DNA from: an uncultured Oscillospiraceae bacterium | GTDB lineage: Bacteria; Bacillota; Clostridia; Saccharofermentanales; UBA5734 | Length of the DNA stretch: 52,402 nt | Reading direction: 5' to 3' | Assembly: GCA_964479435.1 (NCBI GenBank) | Contig: CAYZME010000003.1 | Coordinates: forward strand, 1-52,402 | Translations under genes and position numbers: made by a program | Notes under the pieces: model-generated | What the model saw: only the letters and a program-made list of their open reading frames with translations | What the model was told of the DNA's origin: nothing | Databases searched by the model: none | Part shown: positions 8,743-19,433 of the stretch, in pieces | Numbering within the stretch: the first letter of the stretch is position 1 | Layout of the letters: each line of letters opens with the position of its first letter

Positions 8743-9027
8743 GATTTTCTCCGCATTAGAATGCATGAGTCGACAACAATTTTTCATGTTGTGGAAAAAC
8801 ATAAAATCCTGGTGCTTGCCAGCGATTGCTGTTTGCACAGCCTTATTATATAGCAAGGTAAAAGGAAGATTCGCCAACCCGACTGTTTGTTGAAAAAGCG
8901 CTTCAGATCATTGGGAACGCAGGTTAGACACGGGGTGATTGCGTCTTATTTTCATTACCCGCTACCGAACAGGTAAAATAGAGAAAGAGCGTTGATCAAC
9001 CTTTGCGTGATGGGGGAGGCGACATCG

Positions 9028-9867
9028 ATGGAAAGAAAAATAGAACGACAGGTCAGGGGCTATCGGACCCAGGATGGCGCGGGGGTTAAGCTGGTCAGGG
9101 TATTGGGAAATAGAACGGTTGCGGCGTATGACCCGATCCTGATGCTCGATTCTTTTGACAGCAGAAATCCGGAGGATTACACAGCGGGCTTCCCGTTGCA
9201 CCCCCACAGGGGCATCGAAACGATCAGCTATGTTTATCGCGGCTCGATGACCCATCGGGACAGCATCGGCAACGAAGATACCATCGGCGACGGAGAAGTC
9301 CAGTGGATGACGGCGGGGTCGGGAATTATGCACGAAGAGAGATTGCCGGCATCCGAGAGATTGCTGGGGGTGCAGTTGTGGCTGAACCTGCCGGCGAAAG
9401 ATAAAATGGCGCACCCTGCTTACCGCAGCATCAAAAACCCTGAAATTGAAGAGATCGCGTTGGAAAACGGCAAGCTGCGGTTATTGGCAGGCGAATATGA
9501 AGGCAGGCGCGGATTTGTCAGCCGTTATCTGCCATTGGATTATTACGACATCCACTTGAATCCCGGCGCGTCCCTCGTCGTGCAGACTGAGCCCTCGCGC
9601 TCTGTGATGGCGTTCACACTTTTAGGAGATGCGTTGATCGCGGGCGAGCCGGTACAGGAAAAAACGGCGGTACGGCTCAGCGCCGGCGACGCGGTCACCA
9701 TCCAAGCGGCCAACGAGCCGGTACAGGTGCTCTTTATGAGCTCGCAGGCGTTGGCTGAACCGGTCGCATGGGGCGGCCCGATTGTCATGAATACAGAAGC
9801 GGAGCTGAAAAAAGCATTTGACGACTTGGAGAGAGGGACTTTTATACAAGAAAAGATAACGTATTAG
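9028..9867 (+). CDS. Pirin family protein
   Basis: FPLHPHRGIETISYV and QWMTAGSGIMHEE are cupin/pirin motifs. SD GGGGGAGG precedes ATG 9028. Confidence 0.9.
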   Translation: MERKIERQVRGYRTQDGAGVKLVRVLGNRTVAAYDPILMLDSFDSRNPEDYTAGFPLHPHRGIETISYVYRGSMTHRDSIGNEDTIGDGEVQWMTAGSGIMHEERLPASERLLGVQLWLNLPAKDKMAHPAYRSIKNPEIEEIALENGKLRLLAGEYEGRRGFVSRYLPLDYYDIHLNPGASLVVQTEPSRSVMAFTLLGDALIAGEPVQEKTAVRLSAGDAVTIQAANEPVQVLFMSSQALAEPVAWGGPIVMNTEAELKKAFDDLERGTFIQEKITY

Positions 9868-9917
9868 TCGCGAGATGACGGCCCTGTATGCGGTGAAGCG
9901 GGCCAAGGGGGGATTCG

Positions 9918-10568
9918 ATGACTTGGCAGAAACTGGAATTCGGGTGGCAGATGGCCTTTCGCCAGGGATGGAGCGCATTTGGCACCTACACCATTCCCAT
10001 TGGCGCCGTTATCCTCAATGAAAAGAACGAGCTTGTTTCGTCCGGACAAAACATGATCTTCGTAGAGCAGAGTGATTTGCCGGTTCTATATGGAACCAGC
10101 ATCGCCCATGCGGAGATCAACGCGATTGCCCAACTCAAACGCGCCGAGCACCCTCATATTCGCTCGTACACGTTGTACAGCACAACGGAACCCTGCCTGC
10201 TTTGCTTCGGAGCGATTGCGATGGGCAACATCCGGCATTTTAAATACGCCGCGCGCGACCGGTACGCCGGTGCCGCTCGCTTTCACGTGTATAGCGACTA
10301 TGTTCAATCAAAGAAGATCCGGATTGAAGGGCCATATGCGGAGTTGGAGGCGGTACAAACGGCTTTGGCTACCTATTATGAGCTCGAGAAAAATCTGCCA
10401 AACCAACAGCAGATCCTTTCTCACATGACTATGGACTGCCCCGACGGCGTGCGCGCCGGGCGCGAGCTGTTTGCGCTAGCCACATTGAGAAAGATCTCTT
10501 TGCGAAACGGGTCCGTAGCAGAAGCCTTTGCGGCGATAAACGAACAGCTCGGACGAGTCGATCCCTGA
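9918..10568 (+). CDS. CMP/dCMP-type zinc deaminase family protein (nucleoside/nucleotide deaminase)
   Basis: HAEINAI ... TEPCLLCFGAI (H-A-E and P-C-x-x-C zinc motifs). SD AAGGGGGG precedes the ATG. Confidence 0.85.
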   Translation: MTWQKLEFGWQMAFRQGWSAFGTYTIPIGAVILNEKNELVSSGQNMIFVEQSDLPVLYGTSIAHAEINAIAQLKRAEHPHIRSYTLYSTTEPCLLCFGAIAMGNIRHFKYAARDRYAGAARFHVYSDYVQSKKIRIEGPYAELEAVQTALATYYELEKNLPNQQQILSHMTMDCPDGVRAGRELFALATLRKISLRNGSVAEAFAAINEQLGRVDP

Positions 10569-10860
10569 AGGATGTCTCAGAGAGGAGTAAAAGGTCCCAT
10601 TTACAACCAAGCGAACGCGGAGCAGAGCGAGCGCCTCCTGCGCGCCGCTTATACCTACGCGCTGGCCCGCGCGGATACGCGGCGACGGGGCGGCCAAAAA
10701 GGAGCGACAACAGGATGCTTTGAGACCCGTACGTAGTATGATCAATTGGAGGCTTCTTTCGACAGCCTCCCGGGATGAATGGACACCGCCGCCGGCTTGT
10801 ACCCAGCGCGTACGGCCGTAACCGCGAGTAAACCGAAAGAAGCGTGAGGGAGGTCTTGCA

Positions 10861-11442
10861 ATGACGGTATGGGACGAAATCAGAAATGCGATCATGGCGG
10901 ACGCGATGAATGCCTCGTATACAGAAAACGGCATCCCGCCCTTGTATACGGCTTCGCGCAAGGCGCGGATTGTCATCGTCGGGCAGGCGCCGGGTCGGCA
11001 AGCCGAAGAAACCAGGCTGATTTGGAATGACTTGAGCGGGGATCGGTTGCGCGAATGGATGGGCGTTACACGGGCAGAATTCTATGACAGCGGCCATATT
11101 GCGCTGCTGCCGATGGATTTCTATTTCCCCGGCAAATCCAAATCCGGCGATTTGCCGCCGCGCAAAGGCTTTGCCGAAAAATGGCATCCGCGGCTGCTGG
11201 CCGAGATGCCCGATCTGGCGATCACTTTTCTCATCGGCAGCTACGCGCAGAAATATTATCTGGGCGAGCGGCGTGAAAAGAACCTGACAGAGACCGTGCG
11301 CCATTTTGACAAATACCTGCCGGCGTATTTGCCGCTGGTCCACCCGTCCCCGCTCAACCAGAGATGGCTCAAAAAGAATCCCTGGTTTGAAACCGATGTG
11401 GTGCGCGCGCTGCGGGACAAGGTACAGGAAGTTCTCCGGTAA
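10861..11442 (+). CDS. Uracil-DNA glycosylase superfamily protein
   Basis: IVIVGQAPG and VHPSPLN motifs typical of the UDG fold. SD GAGGGAGG. Confidence 0.85.
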   Translation: MTVWDEIRNAIMADAMNASYTENGIPPLYTASRKARIVIVGQAPGRQAEETRLIWNDLSGDRLREWMGVTRAEFYDSGHIALLPMDFYFPGKSKSGDLPPRKGFAEKWHPRLLAEMPDLAITFLIGSYAQKYYLGERREKNLTETVRHFDKYLPAYLPLVHPSPLNQRWLKKNPWFETDVVRALRDKVQEVLR

Positions 11443-11522
11443 AAAACGATCGCCTCCCCGCCCGCACGGGCAACCCGCGTGGGCAAGAAGGCGATTGGAT
11501 CCTCCTGGAGATCGGGTGGCGC

Positions 11523-13505
11523 CTAGAGAGAAAATTTCTCACCGGGCGCGGCAAAGGGCCCCGGGATGACATCGACGCCGCGATGGTTGCCTGAATAATC
11601 GCAGTCGAAACGAATCGGTGTGCCGTCGGCGTTTTCAAAGGGCTGCTCGGGCTCGAAGGCTTTGCCCAGGACATCGGTGTGAATCATGCGGTTGCAAAAA
11701 CCCGCGATCTTGTCATACACGTTGGTGTGCAACACATATTGACCGTCGGTTTCCACCAGTTGTACGAAAACATCCTCATCCGCCACACACAAAGCGTTGA
11801 CTTCTTTCTGGCATGGCTTCGCGCCTTTCAGGTACGCGTTGCCTTCGCACCAAACCGGCAAGTGGCCGGCGTGGACGGGCGCCAACGCCCGCATATTCGC
11901 GCGGTTGTCAAAGTCAAATTGCGCGATCCACTCCGCATACGTGGGGTAAGCATCGAAAACATGCGTGCCGGCCTGGCGGTTTTCCGGTTCGGTGGTGGGC
12001 CCCTGGTCGTGATGAATGACCAAGTCATCGGCCGGCCAATTCTGGACAAAAATATTGTTGTAGAAGCGGTCGTCGCCGTGCAGGATCGTCATAAAACCCA
12101 TCACTTCCGTGCGGTGCGGAATGTGGTAGGGCGTATAGCGTGGCCCCGTGCCGCCGCCGACGTTGGTCAAAGCGCCGCAGATCAGATTGTGCACCATCGC
12201 CACCCCCTGGGTCGCGAAGCGCAGGCTGGCATCGGAAAGCAGAATGTTGTTGTCGATCAGGGTCGGCCCATGGCTGACTTCTACAAACAGGTCTTGTGAC
12301 ATCATGCCGCCGGCCAGATGTTGGGCAAAAGCCGGGCGCTGGTTGTCGTGCAAGAGGTTTTGCGACAGACGGGTGCCCTGGGCTTCCCAATCGCACCAGA
12401 TCCCCATGGTGCAATGGTGGACGTGGTTGCGGCGCATCAGGACATCGATGGGCGCGTGCATTTTGATGCCGGCGATCTCCGCTCCCCCCAACTCCATCAT
12501 GTTGTTGATGTGGTGGATGTGGTTGTCTTCGATCACACTAAAGACACCGCCCATCCGCCCGATGATACCGCCTTGCTCACAGTGATGGATGTCGCAGCGG
12601 CGGATGAGGTGGCTGCCGATGTTTTCCTTGAGCCACCCGTGATACTGGCCGCGGCACACTGCGTCGCGCTCCATCTGTGTCGGGCTTTTGACATGTTTGT
12701 GGGTAAAATAATGATCGTTGTCCGGATCCAGATATTTGCCCAGTGAGATCCCCGCGCACTTGCTGTAAGCGATCTCGCAGTCTTCGATGATCCAGCCTTT
12801 GCTCCAATGGGGGCCGATCATGCCATCCTGGAACGCGGCGGGCGGCGCCCAGGTTGTGGCGGCTTTTTCGATCTTGAAGCCGCTGACCGTGTGATAGTCA
12901 ACACCTGTGCGCGAAGGCATGAAGCAGCGGCGGCGGACATGGATTTCCACATCTTCCTGGTTGGGATCCCGGCCTTGGAAATTGGCGTACAGGACGGTTT
13001 CATCGGTGCTTTCATCTTGCTCCGCGTACCATTTGAACACAGATTCTTCCGGCACCCAGCTGCAGGCGTACACTTCGCCCGCGATGCACGCGTCCAGAGA
13101 CGTGGCCTGGTAGAGCGCTTTGCCGTTGAGATACACACAGCCCGTGTGCTTATTGGGCGTGGCAAAATACCAATCGCCGTATACCAGTGTGGTATACGGG
13201 TTGTAATCGCCAAATGTGCTGTTGGGGATGCGGCTGACCCAGACCTGCTTGTCGAACGGCTGCCAGTTATTGACCGGTTCGGCGCCGGTGATGACGGCGC
13301 CCAGCGGCGTTGTGCTGGTGTACGTGATGCGGGCGTCGGCCGTGCCGGCATGGGCCGGATCGACGGACTCGCGATACACACCGGGGGCTACCCACACGTG
13401 ATCGCCGGGGCGCGCTCGTTTCGCGGCTTCCTGAATCCGCCGAAAAGGCCTTTCGGCGGATCCGTCGCCATTTCTCGCTGCGTTGATGTCGACATAATAA
13501 TGCAT
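11523..13505 (-). CDS. Right-handed parallel beta-helix repeat protein (putative glycan hydrolase/lyase)
   Basis: The N-terminus YVDINAARNGDGSAERPFRRIQEAAKRARPGDHVWVAPGVY is typical of pectate-lyase-fold/DUF1565-like proteins. His-rich repeated turns (IHHCEQGG, IHHINN, VHHCTMG) follow. AGGAGG lies 7 nt before ATG 13505. Confidence 0.75.
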   Translation of the reverse strand: MHYYVDINAARNGDGSAERPFRRIQEAAKRARPGDHVWVAPGVYRESVDPAHAGTADARITYTSTTPLGAVITGAEPVNNWQPFDKQVWVSRIPNSTFGDYNPYTTLVYGDWYFATPNKHTGCVYLNGKALYQATSLDACIAGEVYACSWVPEESVFKWYAEQDESTDETVLYANFQGRDPNQEDVEIHVRRRCFMPSRTGVDYHTVSGFKIEKAATTWAPPAAFQDGMIGPHWSKGWIIEDCEIAYSKCAGISLGKYLDPDNDHYFTHKHVKSPTQMERDAVCRGQYHGWLKENIGSHLIRRCDIHHCEQGGIIGRMGGVFSVIEDNHIHHINNMMELGGAEIAGIKMHAPIDVLMRRNHVHHCTMGIWCDWEAQGTRLSQNLLHDNQRPAFAQHLAGGMMSQDLFVEVSHGPTLIDNNILLSDASLRFATQGVAMVHNLICGALTNVGGGTGPRYTPYHIPHRTEVMGFMTILHGDDRFYNNIFVQNWPADDLVIHHDQGPTTEPENRQAGTHVFDAYPTYAEWIAQFDFDNRANMRALAPVHAGHLPVWCEGNAYLKGAKPCQKEVNALCVADEDVFVQLVETDGQYVLHTNVYDKIAGFCNRMIHTDVLGKAFEPEQPFENADGTPIRFDCDYSGNHRGVDVIPGPFAAPGEKFSL

Positions 13506-13572
13506 AAAAAACCTCCTGCGATGCATTCACACGTGCCATTGGGTTTTAGGGCTTGTCTGTATTATAAACCTA

Positions 13573-14184
13573 TTAATCCACGGTATCGGGGTCCGCGAGC
13601 AGGTACCCTTTCGCGCAGGCGTCGGCGATGATGGCTTCGACGACCGCCCACAAGGCGGGGAGCGCGGCGCGCACCGGCTCCATACGCTGCCGGACTTGGC
13701 TCGCGGTAATCCCGCCATGCGCGGTCCACGTGTGGCCGTCGGTCTGATGGTTGGCAAGGAGAGGTTGCAGACGATCGATCGCCGACGCGTACAGCGCGTC
13801 GGCGGTTTCCATACGGTCGAACTCTTCCCACAACAAACGAAAGTGCCGTGCTTGGTCCGGCGGCAGCAGGGAAAACAGACGGTCGGCGGCGGCCTGTTCG
13901 CGCGCGGCTTTATCGCGGTACCCCGTCGTGTCGTAGGCGAATGTGTCGCCGGCGTCAATCTCGACCAAGTCGTGCAAGAGGGTCATCTGCAAGACCCGGT
14001 GGAGATCGACCTGGTCAGAAGCCGCGTATTCGTGAAGCGTCAGAGCCATCAAAGCGATGTGCCACGAATGCTCGGCGTCGTTTTCGCGCCGCGACTTGTC
14101 CATCACCAGGGATTGGCGCAGGATGTTTTTGAGCTGATCCACCTCGGTGAGGAATGCCAATTGTCGGGTCAATCTTTCTGTCAT
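13573..14184 (-). CDS. HD-domain phosphohydrolase (YfbR-like 5'-nucleotidase family)
   Basis: ENDAEHSWHIALMA and LLHDLVEIDAGD form an H..HD..D metal motif. Confidence 0.85.
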   Translation of the reverse strand: MTERLTRQLAFLTEVDQLKNILRQSLVMDKSRRENDAEHSWHIALMALTLHEYAASDQVDLHRVLQMTLLHDLVEIDAGDTFAYDTTGYRDKAAREQAAADRLFSLLPPDQARHFRLLWEEFDRMETADALYASAIDRLQPLLANHQTDGHTWTAHGGITASQVRQRMEPVRAALPALWAVVEAIIADACAKGYLLADPDTVD

Positions 14185-14341
14185 CGCGCGCCCTCTTTTT
14201 GTTCGATTTTAGCACAGCCGACCTGTATAATTTAGATAGCAGAAAAAAGGAAAAGACGCCGGATTGAATGAATGCGAAGCGAAAGGTGCAAATCCGCAAC
14301 CCGGCGAGGAGGAAAATGCAAAAAATCCCGGCTGAATTTTG

Positions 14342-14371
14342 TTGAAACAGCGGGTGCGCTTATGGTAAATT
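14342..14371 (+). promoter_or_regulatory. Candidate sigma-70-type promoter of pckG
   Basis: TTGAAA (14342-14347), an 18-nt spacer, then TGgTAAATT (extended -10, hexamer 14366-14371), ~120 nt upstream of ATG 14495. Confidence 0.4.
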
Positions 14372-14494
14372 ATACTGACTTGGGATCATAATTTGCCGTA
14401 TATCGGCATTTTCCTCAGCCCAAAACAGCGGTTCCCCCGCGTTTTCCCGATCGCGCACGGAGGAGTCACCAAAAAGAAAGAGAGTGAGATACGC

Positions 14495-16291
14495 ATGACG
14501 AAGCACAAAAAATTGCAAGAATGGGTGGATGAGGTTGCACGTTTATGTAAACCCGACCGCATCCACTGGTGCGATGGCAGCCAGGAGGAAAACGACCGCC
14601 TGCTGCAAATGGCAGTGGATAGCGGCCTGGCGATTCCTCTGAATCCGGAAAAACGCCCCGGTTGCTATCTGTTCCGCAGCCAACCTTCCGATGTGGCGCG
14701 TGTCGAGGACCGCACATACATCGCGTCAAAGAAACAAGAGGACGCGGGACCGACCAACAACTGGATCGATCCGGACGAATTGAAAAAGACCATGACGGGC
14801 CTGTATGACGGATGTATGCAAGGGCGCACCATGTATGTCATCCCCTTTTCCATGGGTCCGCTTGGCTCGGACAGCGCCAAGATCGGCGTCGAAGTGACCG
14901 ACAGCGAGTATGTCGTCGTCAACATGCGCATCATGACCCGTATGGGCCAGCCGGTGCTGGACCTGTTGGGCGAAGAGGGTGAATTCGTGCCCTGTCTGCA
15001 TTCGGTCGGCGCTCCGCTGGCGGAAGGCGAAAAGGATGAGGGCTGGCCGTGCGCGCCGATGGAGCAAAAATACATCAGCCACTTCCCCGAGGACAAAACC
15101 ATCTGGTCGTTCGGCTCGGGTTACGGCGGCAACGCGCTGCTGGGCAAAAAGTGTTTTGCTTTGCGGATCGCTTCTGTTCAAGCGCATGAGGAAGGCTGGC
15201 TGGCCGAGCACATGCTCATCTTGCGCATCACCAGCCCCGAGGGTGTGACCAAATACATCGCCGGCGCGTTCCCCAGCGCGTGCGGCAAAACCAACCTGGC
15301 GATGCTGGTGCCGACCATTCCCGGCTGGAAAGTGGAGACCATCGGCGATGACATCGCCTGGATGAAATTCGGCCAGGACGGGCGCCTGTACGCCATCAAC
15401 CCCGAATCGGGATTTTTCGGCGTCGCCCCCGGCACTTCGATGGAATCCAATCCCAACGCGATGCTGACCATCACCCGAAACACCATTTTCACCAATGTCG
15501 CGCTGACCGATGACGGCGACGTGTGGTGGGAGGGGATCGGCTATGACGCCCCCGATCATTTGATCGATTGGACCGGCAAAGACTGGACACCCGCCTCCTC
15601 GACCCCGGCCGCGCACCCCAACGCGCGCTTTACCGCGCCGGCCAGCCAGTGCCCGGCCATCGCGCCGGAGTGGGAAGACCCCAAGGGGGTGCCCATTTCC
15701 GCCATCCTCATCGGCGGCCGCCGCCCGCGGACGATCCCGCTGGTGCATGAAAGCTTCGACTGGAAACATGGAATTTACATGGGCTCAGTCATGGGCTCCG
15801 AGATCACAGCCGCCGCCATTTCGGACAGCATCGGCAAGGTCCGCAGGGATCCGTTCGCGATGCTCCCGTTCTGCGGATACCATATCTGTGACTACCTGCA
15901 GCACTGGTTGGACATCGGCGAGGGTGCGGACGAAAGCAAGTTGCCCAAGATTTTCTTTGTCAACTGGTTCCGCAAAACCGACGATGGCAAATGGCTCTGG
16001 CCGGGATTCGGCGAAAACAGCCGCGTGCTCAAATGGATCATCGAGCGCGTGTCGGGAACCGGAAAAGCGGTGGAAACGCCCATCGGCTACATGCCGACAC
16101 TGGATGGCATTGACCGCGATGGCCTGGATGTCAGTGACGCAGACATGCAAGAGTTGATCGCAGTCGACAAAGAAGACTGGGAGCAGGAATTGGCTTCGAT
16201 CCGCGCGTACTACGAAAGCTTTGGCGACAAATTGCCCGCCGAGATGGTGCGCCAGCTGGAGGCGGTTGAAGCGCGTCTGGCTCAGATGTAA
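14495..16291 (+). CDS. pckG: Phosphoenolpyruvate carboxykinase (GTP)
   Basis: Full-length match to GTP-PEPCK hallmarks: [38 protein letters not shown] (kinase-1a), [19 protein letters not shown] 14495 is chosen over the upstream TTG of the ORF track. Confidence 0.95.
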   Translation: MTKHKKLQEWVDEVARLCKPDRIHWCDGSQEENDRLLQMAVDSGLAIPLNPEKRPGCYLFRSQPSDVARVEDRTYIASKKQEDAGPTNNWIDPDELKKTMTGLYDGCMQGRTMYVIPFSMGPLGSDSAKIGVEVTDSEYVVVNMRIMTRMGQPVLDLLGEEGEFVPCLHSVGAPLAEGEKDEGWPCAPMEQKYISHFPEDKTIWSFGSGYGGNALLGKKCFALRIASVQAHEEGWLAEHMLILRITSPEGVTKYIAGAFPSACGKTNLAMLVPTIPGWKVETIGDDIAWMKFGQDGRLYAINPESGFFGVAPGTSMESNPNAMLTITRNTIFTNVALTDDGDVWWEGIGYDAPDHLIDWTGKDWTPASSTPAAHPNARFTAPASQCPAIAPEWEDPKGVPISAILIGGRRPRTIPLVHESFDWKHGIYMGSVMGSEITAAAISDSIGKVRRDPFAMLPFCGYHICDYLQHWLDIGEGADESKLPKIFFVNWFRKTDDGKWLWPGFGENSRVLKWIIERVSGTGKAVETPIGYMPTLDGIDRDGLDVSDADMQELIAVDKEDWEQELASIRAYYESFGDKLPAEMVRQLEAVEARLAQM

Positions 16292-16321
16292 GCAACGAAG
16301 CATCATTAAGTATGCTCACAC

Positions 16322-16350
16322 AAAGCGGCAGGTTTCGCGCCTGCCGCTTT
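16322..16350 (+). terminator. Rho-independent terminator after pckG
   Basis: AAAGCGGCAGG / CCTGCCGCTTT is an 11-bp stem with a 7-nt loop and a short T tail, 30 nt after the stop. Confidence 0.7.
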
Positions 16351-16416
16351 GGCGTGGTGGGATCATCGCGCCGGATGTGGCACAATCAAAGATAAAAACG
16401 CGGGAGGCGAAACAGG

Positions 16417-17160
16417 ATGAAGCGACCGGCGATGGTGCTTTTTGATTTGGGCGATACGGTGATCACCAGCCGGGATGGGGCGCCTTTTGATTACGAAGCG
16501 GGTTTTCGCGCGGTCCTGTCACACGCGACGACCCAGCCCGACCCTTTGGACGCCGGCGAATGGGCGGCCGCGTATCTTGATTACGAGCGCGCCCGGCGTG
16601 AGCAGACCGCCGGCCGCGGCGACCTGACGATGGAGATCCCTTTTTCCACCGCGTTGCGGCAAGTGCTCGCGTTACGCGGCATCGCGCTGGACATCCCCTG
16701 GGTGGAAGCGGCCGGGCTCTATTGGGAAAACCGTACGCAATACGACGCCTGCGAAGGCATCGGCGCGCTGTTGCGGCAGATGGCTTCGCTCGGCGTCCGC
16801 GCCGCGATGATTACCAACAACATGTTTCAGGAAGAGCTGATCCGCCAGCGGCTTGACAGCCTGTTGCCGCAGCACGGGTTTGAGTTTATTCTGTCGAGCG
16901 CGGACTACGGCGTCGCCAAGCCGGACGCGCGTTTGTTCCAGATCGCGCTGCGCCGCGCGGGATTGGACGCCGGGCAAGTGTGGTACGCCGGGGACAGCTG
17001 GTCCAACGATGTCCGGGGCGCCGCGGCCGTCGGGATTTTTCCCGTCTGGTATACCCGTTACCGCAGCGGCCAGCCCCGGCCGGCCGACGATACCCCGCAC
17101 CTGCGTGCGGCGGATTGGTCCGTCCTGGCCGAAACGCTGACACTTTGCCCGCGCGACTAA
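16417..17160 (+). CDS. HAD-superfamily hydrolase (subfamily IA-like)
   Basis: VLFDLGDTVI (motif I), ITNN (motif II), and K..(x)..GDSWSNDV (motifs III/IV). Confidence 0.85.
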   Translation: MKRPAMVLFDLGDTVITSRDGAPFDYEAGFRAVLSHATTQPDPLDAGEWAAAYLDYERARREQTAGRGDLTMEIPFSTALRQVLALRGIALDIPWVEAAGLYWENRTQYDACEGIGALLRQMASLGVRAAMITNNMFQEELIRQRLDSLLPQHGFEFILSSADYGVAKPDARLFQIALRRAGLDAGQVWYAGDSWSNDVRGAAAVGIFPVWYTRYRSGQPRPADDTPHLRAADWSVLAETLTLCPRD

Positions 17161-17278
17161 AATCCGCCTATAATGAACCAGCCCGTCGACTCCCTGCGCG
17201 CAGTCATTCGGGAGAACCGCCTGTCCATTAGAAAATCTGTTCATTGGAGCACTTGCTCATTGGAAAGAAGCACAAAAA

Positions 17279-18649
17279 ATGCTGACACGACAATCCACTT
17301 TAGACGCCACCCGCGGCCCGATTTTTAGCAAGTTCCTCCTGTTTGCTTTTCCGATCATGATCATGAATCTGCTGCAGTTGCTGTTCAACGCCGCCGATAT
17401 GATTGTGGTCGGCCGTTTTGCCGGCAGCGACGCGTTGGCGGCCGTGGGCGCGACCGCCCCGCTGATCAACCTGATCGTCAATTTGTTTATGGGGCTGTCG
17501 GTCGGCACCAGCGTGGTCGTCGCCCAAGATCGTGGCGCGGGGCAGCCGGACGCCATCCGCCGCTCGGTTCACACCTCCATCTCGATCAGCATCGTCGCCG
17601 GTCTTTTCGTGATGGTATTGGGGCTGGTGTTGTGCCAGCCGTTGCTGCACCTGATGGGCACGCCGGAGAACATCATCGCCCAGTCGACACGTTACATGCG
17701 GATTTTCTTTTTGGGGATTCCGGCCAGCATGGTCTATAACTTTGGCGCCGGCATCTTGCGCGCGATCGGCGACAGTCGCCGCCCTATGTATTATCTGGTC
17801 ATCGCCGGCACCGTCAATGTGTTGCTCAACCTCTGGTTTGTGGTCGGTTTCGGGATGGCGGTCACGGGCGTGGCCTGGGCGACGACGATCTCGCAGTACC
17901 TGTCGATGGTGCTGATTCTGATCTGCCTGGTACGCAGCGAAGATCCGATTCGCCTCCATCCCGCACAGCTGCGCATCGACCGCGACAAAACCATTCAAAT
18001 CGTCAAAATCGGTCTGCCGGCCGGCCTGCAAGGCCTGCTGTTCTCGATCTCAAATGTGCTGATCCAATCGGCGGTCAACTCGTTCGGCTCCACGCTGGTC
18101 GCGGCGAGCTCAACATCCGGCAACATCGAGGGCTTTGTCGGCACGGCGATGAACGCGTACAACAATGCCGCCATCACTTTTACCGGCCAGAATATGGGCG
18201 CGCGCAAATACGACCGCATCGACGCGGTCGCCAAAGTGACGACTGTCCTGGTTTTTGTCACCTGGGTTTTGTTGGGCGGCTTTGTGGTTCTGGCGGGGCG
18301 CCCCTTGCTGGGGCTTTACACGTCCGACCCGGAGGTGATCCGGCTGGGGATGATCCGCATGACGGTCTTGATGGCGGCTTATTTTTCGTGCGGGATCATG
18401 AACGTGTTTCCCGGCCTGTCGCGCGGGATGGGCTACTCGGTGATGCCGATGATCAGCACGCTGACCGGCGCCTGCCTGTTGCGCATTGTCTGGCTGTACA
18501 CATTCTTTGCCTGGTACCCTACCGTTTTCACGCTCTTCCTCTGCTATCCGATCACCTGGACCCTGGCGGGTATCGGCCAGGTGGGGGTGTTTTTGTACGC
18601 GCGCAAGCAAATTCGCCGCCGGGATCCCGACTGGGCAACCGCCAACTGA
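17279..18649 (+). CDS. MATE family efflux transporter
   Basis: FLLFAFPIMIMNLLQLLFNAADMIVVGRF..ALAAVG is a typical MATE N-terminus, and the protein has 12 predicted hydrophobic spans. Confidence 0.9.
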   Translation: MLTRQSTLDATRGPIFSKFLLFAFPIMIMNLLQLLFNAADMIVVGRFAGSDALAAVGATAPLINLIVNLFMGLSVGTSVVVAQDRGAGQPDAIRRSVHTSISISIVAGLFVMVLGLVLCQPLLHLMGTPENIIAQSTRYMRIFFLGIPASMVYNFGAGILRAIGDSRRPMYYLVIAGTVNVLLNLWFVVGFGMAVTGVAWATTISQYLSMVLILICLVRSEDPIRLHPAQLRIDRDKTIQIVKIGLPAGLQGLLFSISNVLIQSAVNSFGSTLVAASSTSGNIEGFVGTAMNAYNNAAITFTGQNMGARKYDRIDAVAKVTTVLVFVTWVLLGGFVVLAGRPLLGLYTSDPEVIRLGMIRMTVLMAAYFSCGIMNVFPGLSRGMGYSVMPMISTLTGACLLRIVWLYTFFAWYPTVFTLFLCYPITWTLAGIGQVGVFLYARKQIRRRDPDWATAN

Positions 18650-18718
18650 TTCTGGAATTCAGATCGATGTATGAGATAATATGCACAAGGAATCACAAGA
18701 TTGGGAAGGGAGGCCTGT

Positions 18719-19429
18719 ATGAGGAAATTTCTCTGTACGGTCTGCGGTTATGTGTATGACGAAGCCGCAGGCGACCCGGAGCAGGGCGTAGCGCCGGGCA
18801 CCCGCTGGGAGGATGTACCGGCGGATTGGACCTGCCCGCTGTGCGGCGCGACCCGGGAAGAGTTTGAAGAACAAAGCACGGCCACGGCCGCGCCGGCCGC
18901 AACCGTAGCGGGAACCGCAGCCGTCGCGGAAACCGAAACAGTCGCGGAAACCGCACACGACGAAGAGACGGATGATCTGCGCGAAATGACGGCTGCCGAG
19001 ATGGCGGCACTGTGTTCCAACCTGGCCAAAGGTTGCGACAAACAGTACCTGCCAGAGGAGGCGGCCAGTTTTCGTGCACTGGCCGATTTTTATGACGCGC
19101 GCGCGACCCGTGTGCGCCAGGAAGGCCCCCGCGAACTCGCCGCCCGCATCGCCGCGGATTTGGCCGCTTCGTATCCCGCCGCCAACGCGGCCGCGGCGGA
19201 CGCGGTCGACCGGGGCGCCAAGCGCGCGTTGACCTGGAGCGAAAAAGTCACCCGCATCCTGTCTTCGCTGCTCGCACGGTACGAAAAACAAGGGGAGGCG
19301 CTGCTCGCGAGCACGCGCGTCTACGTTTGTGAAATTTGCGGCTTCGTGTATATCGGGGATCAGCCGCCCGACATCTGCCCGATCTGCAAAGTCCCGCGTT
19401 TGAAGATCGCCGAGGTCGGAAGGAGGTAA
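18719..19429 (+). CDS. Rubredoxin / helical linker / rubredoxin-like three-part protein
   Basis: The N-terminus CTVCGY..x..CPLCG is a canonical rubredoxin and the C-terminus CEICGF..x..CPICK is a rubrerythrin-type Fe(Cys)4 knuckle. The ~150-aa Ala-rich helical middle has no ExxH di-iron motifs. Confidence 0.8.
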   Translation: MRKFLCTVCGYVYDEAAGDPEQGVAPGTRWEDVPADWTCPLCGATREEFEEQSTATAAPAATVAGTAAVAETETVAETAHDEETDDLREMTAAEMAALCSNLAKGCDKQYLPEEAASFRALADFYDARATRVRQEGPRELAARIAADLAASYPAANAAAADAVDRGAKRALTWSEKVTRILSSLLARYEKQGEALLASTRVYVCEICGFVYIGDQPPDICPICKVPRLKIAEVGRR

Positions 19430-19433
19430 GCCC

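Noticed and set aside
10572-10736. 54-codon ORF (MSQRGVKGPIYNQANAEQSERLLRAAYTYALARADTRRRGG..) in the 290-nt gap after the deaminase gene, plus a 7-bp hairpin GGAGGCT/AGCCTCC at about 10750-10772
   Set aside because: The ATG abuts the only purine-rich stretch, leaving no spacing for an SD. There is no recognisable domain, and the hairpin lacks a U tract. It may be a small protein or the remnant of a regulator N-terminus, but I cannot support it.
14316-14345. 9-codon mini-ORF (MQKIPAEFC) behind GAGGAGG upstream of pckG, considered as a leader peptide
   Set aside because: The SD-ATG spacing is only 3 nt. The ORF lies upstream of, and overlaps, the best promoter candidate, so it would not be on the pckG leader.
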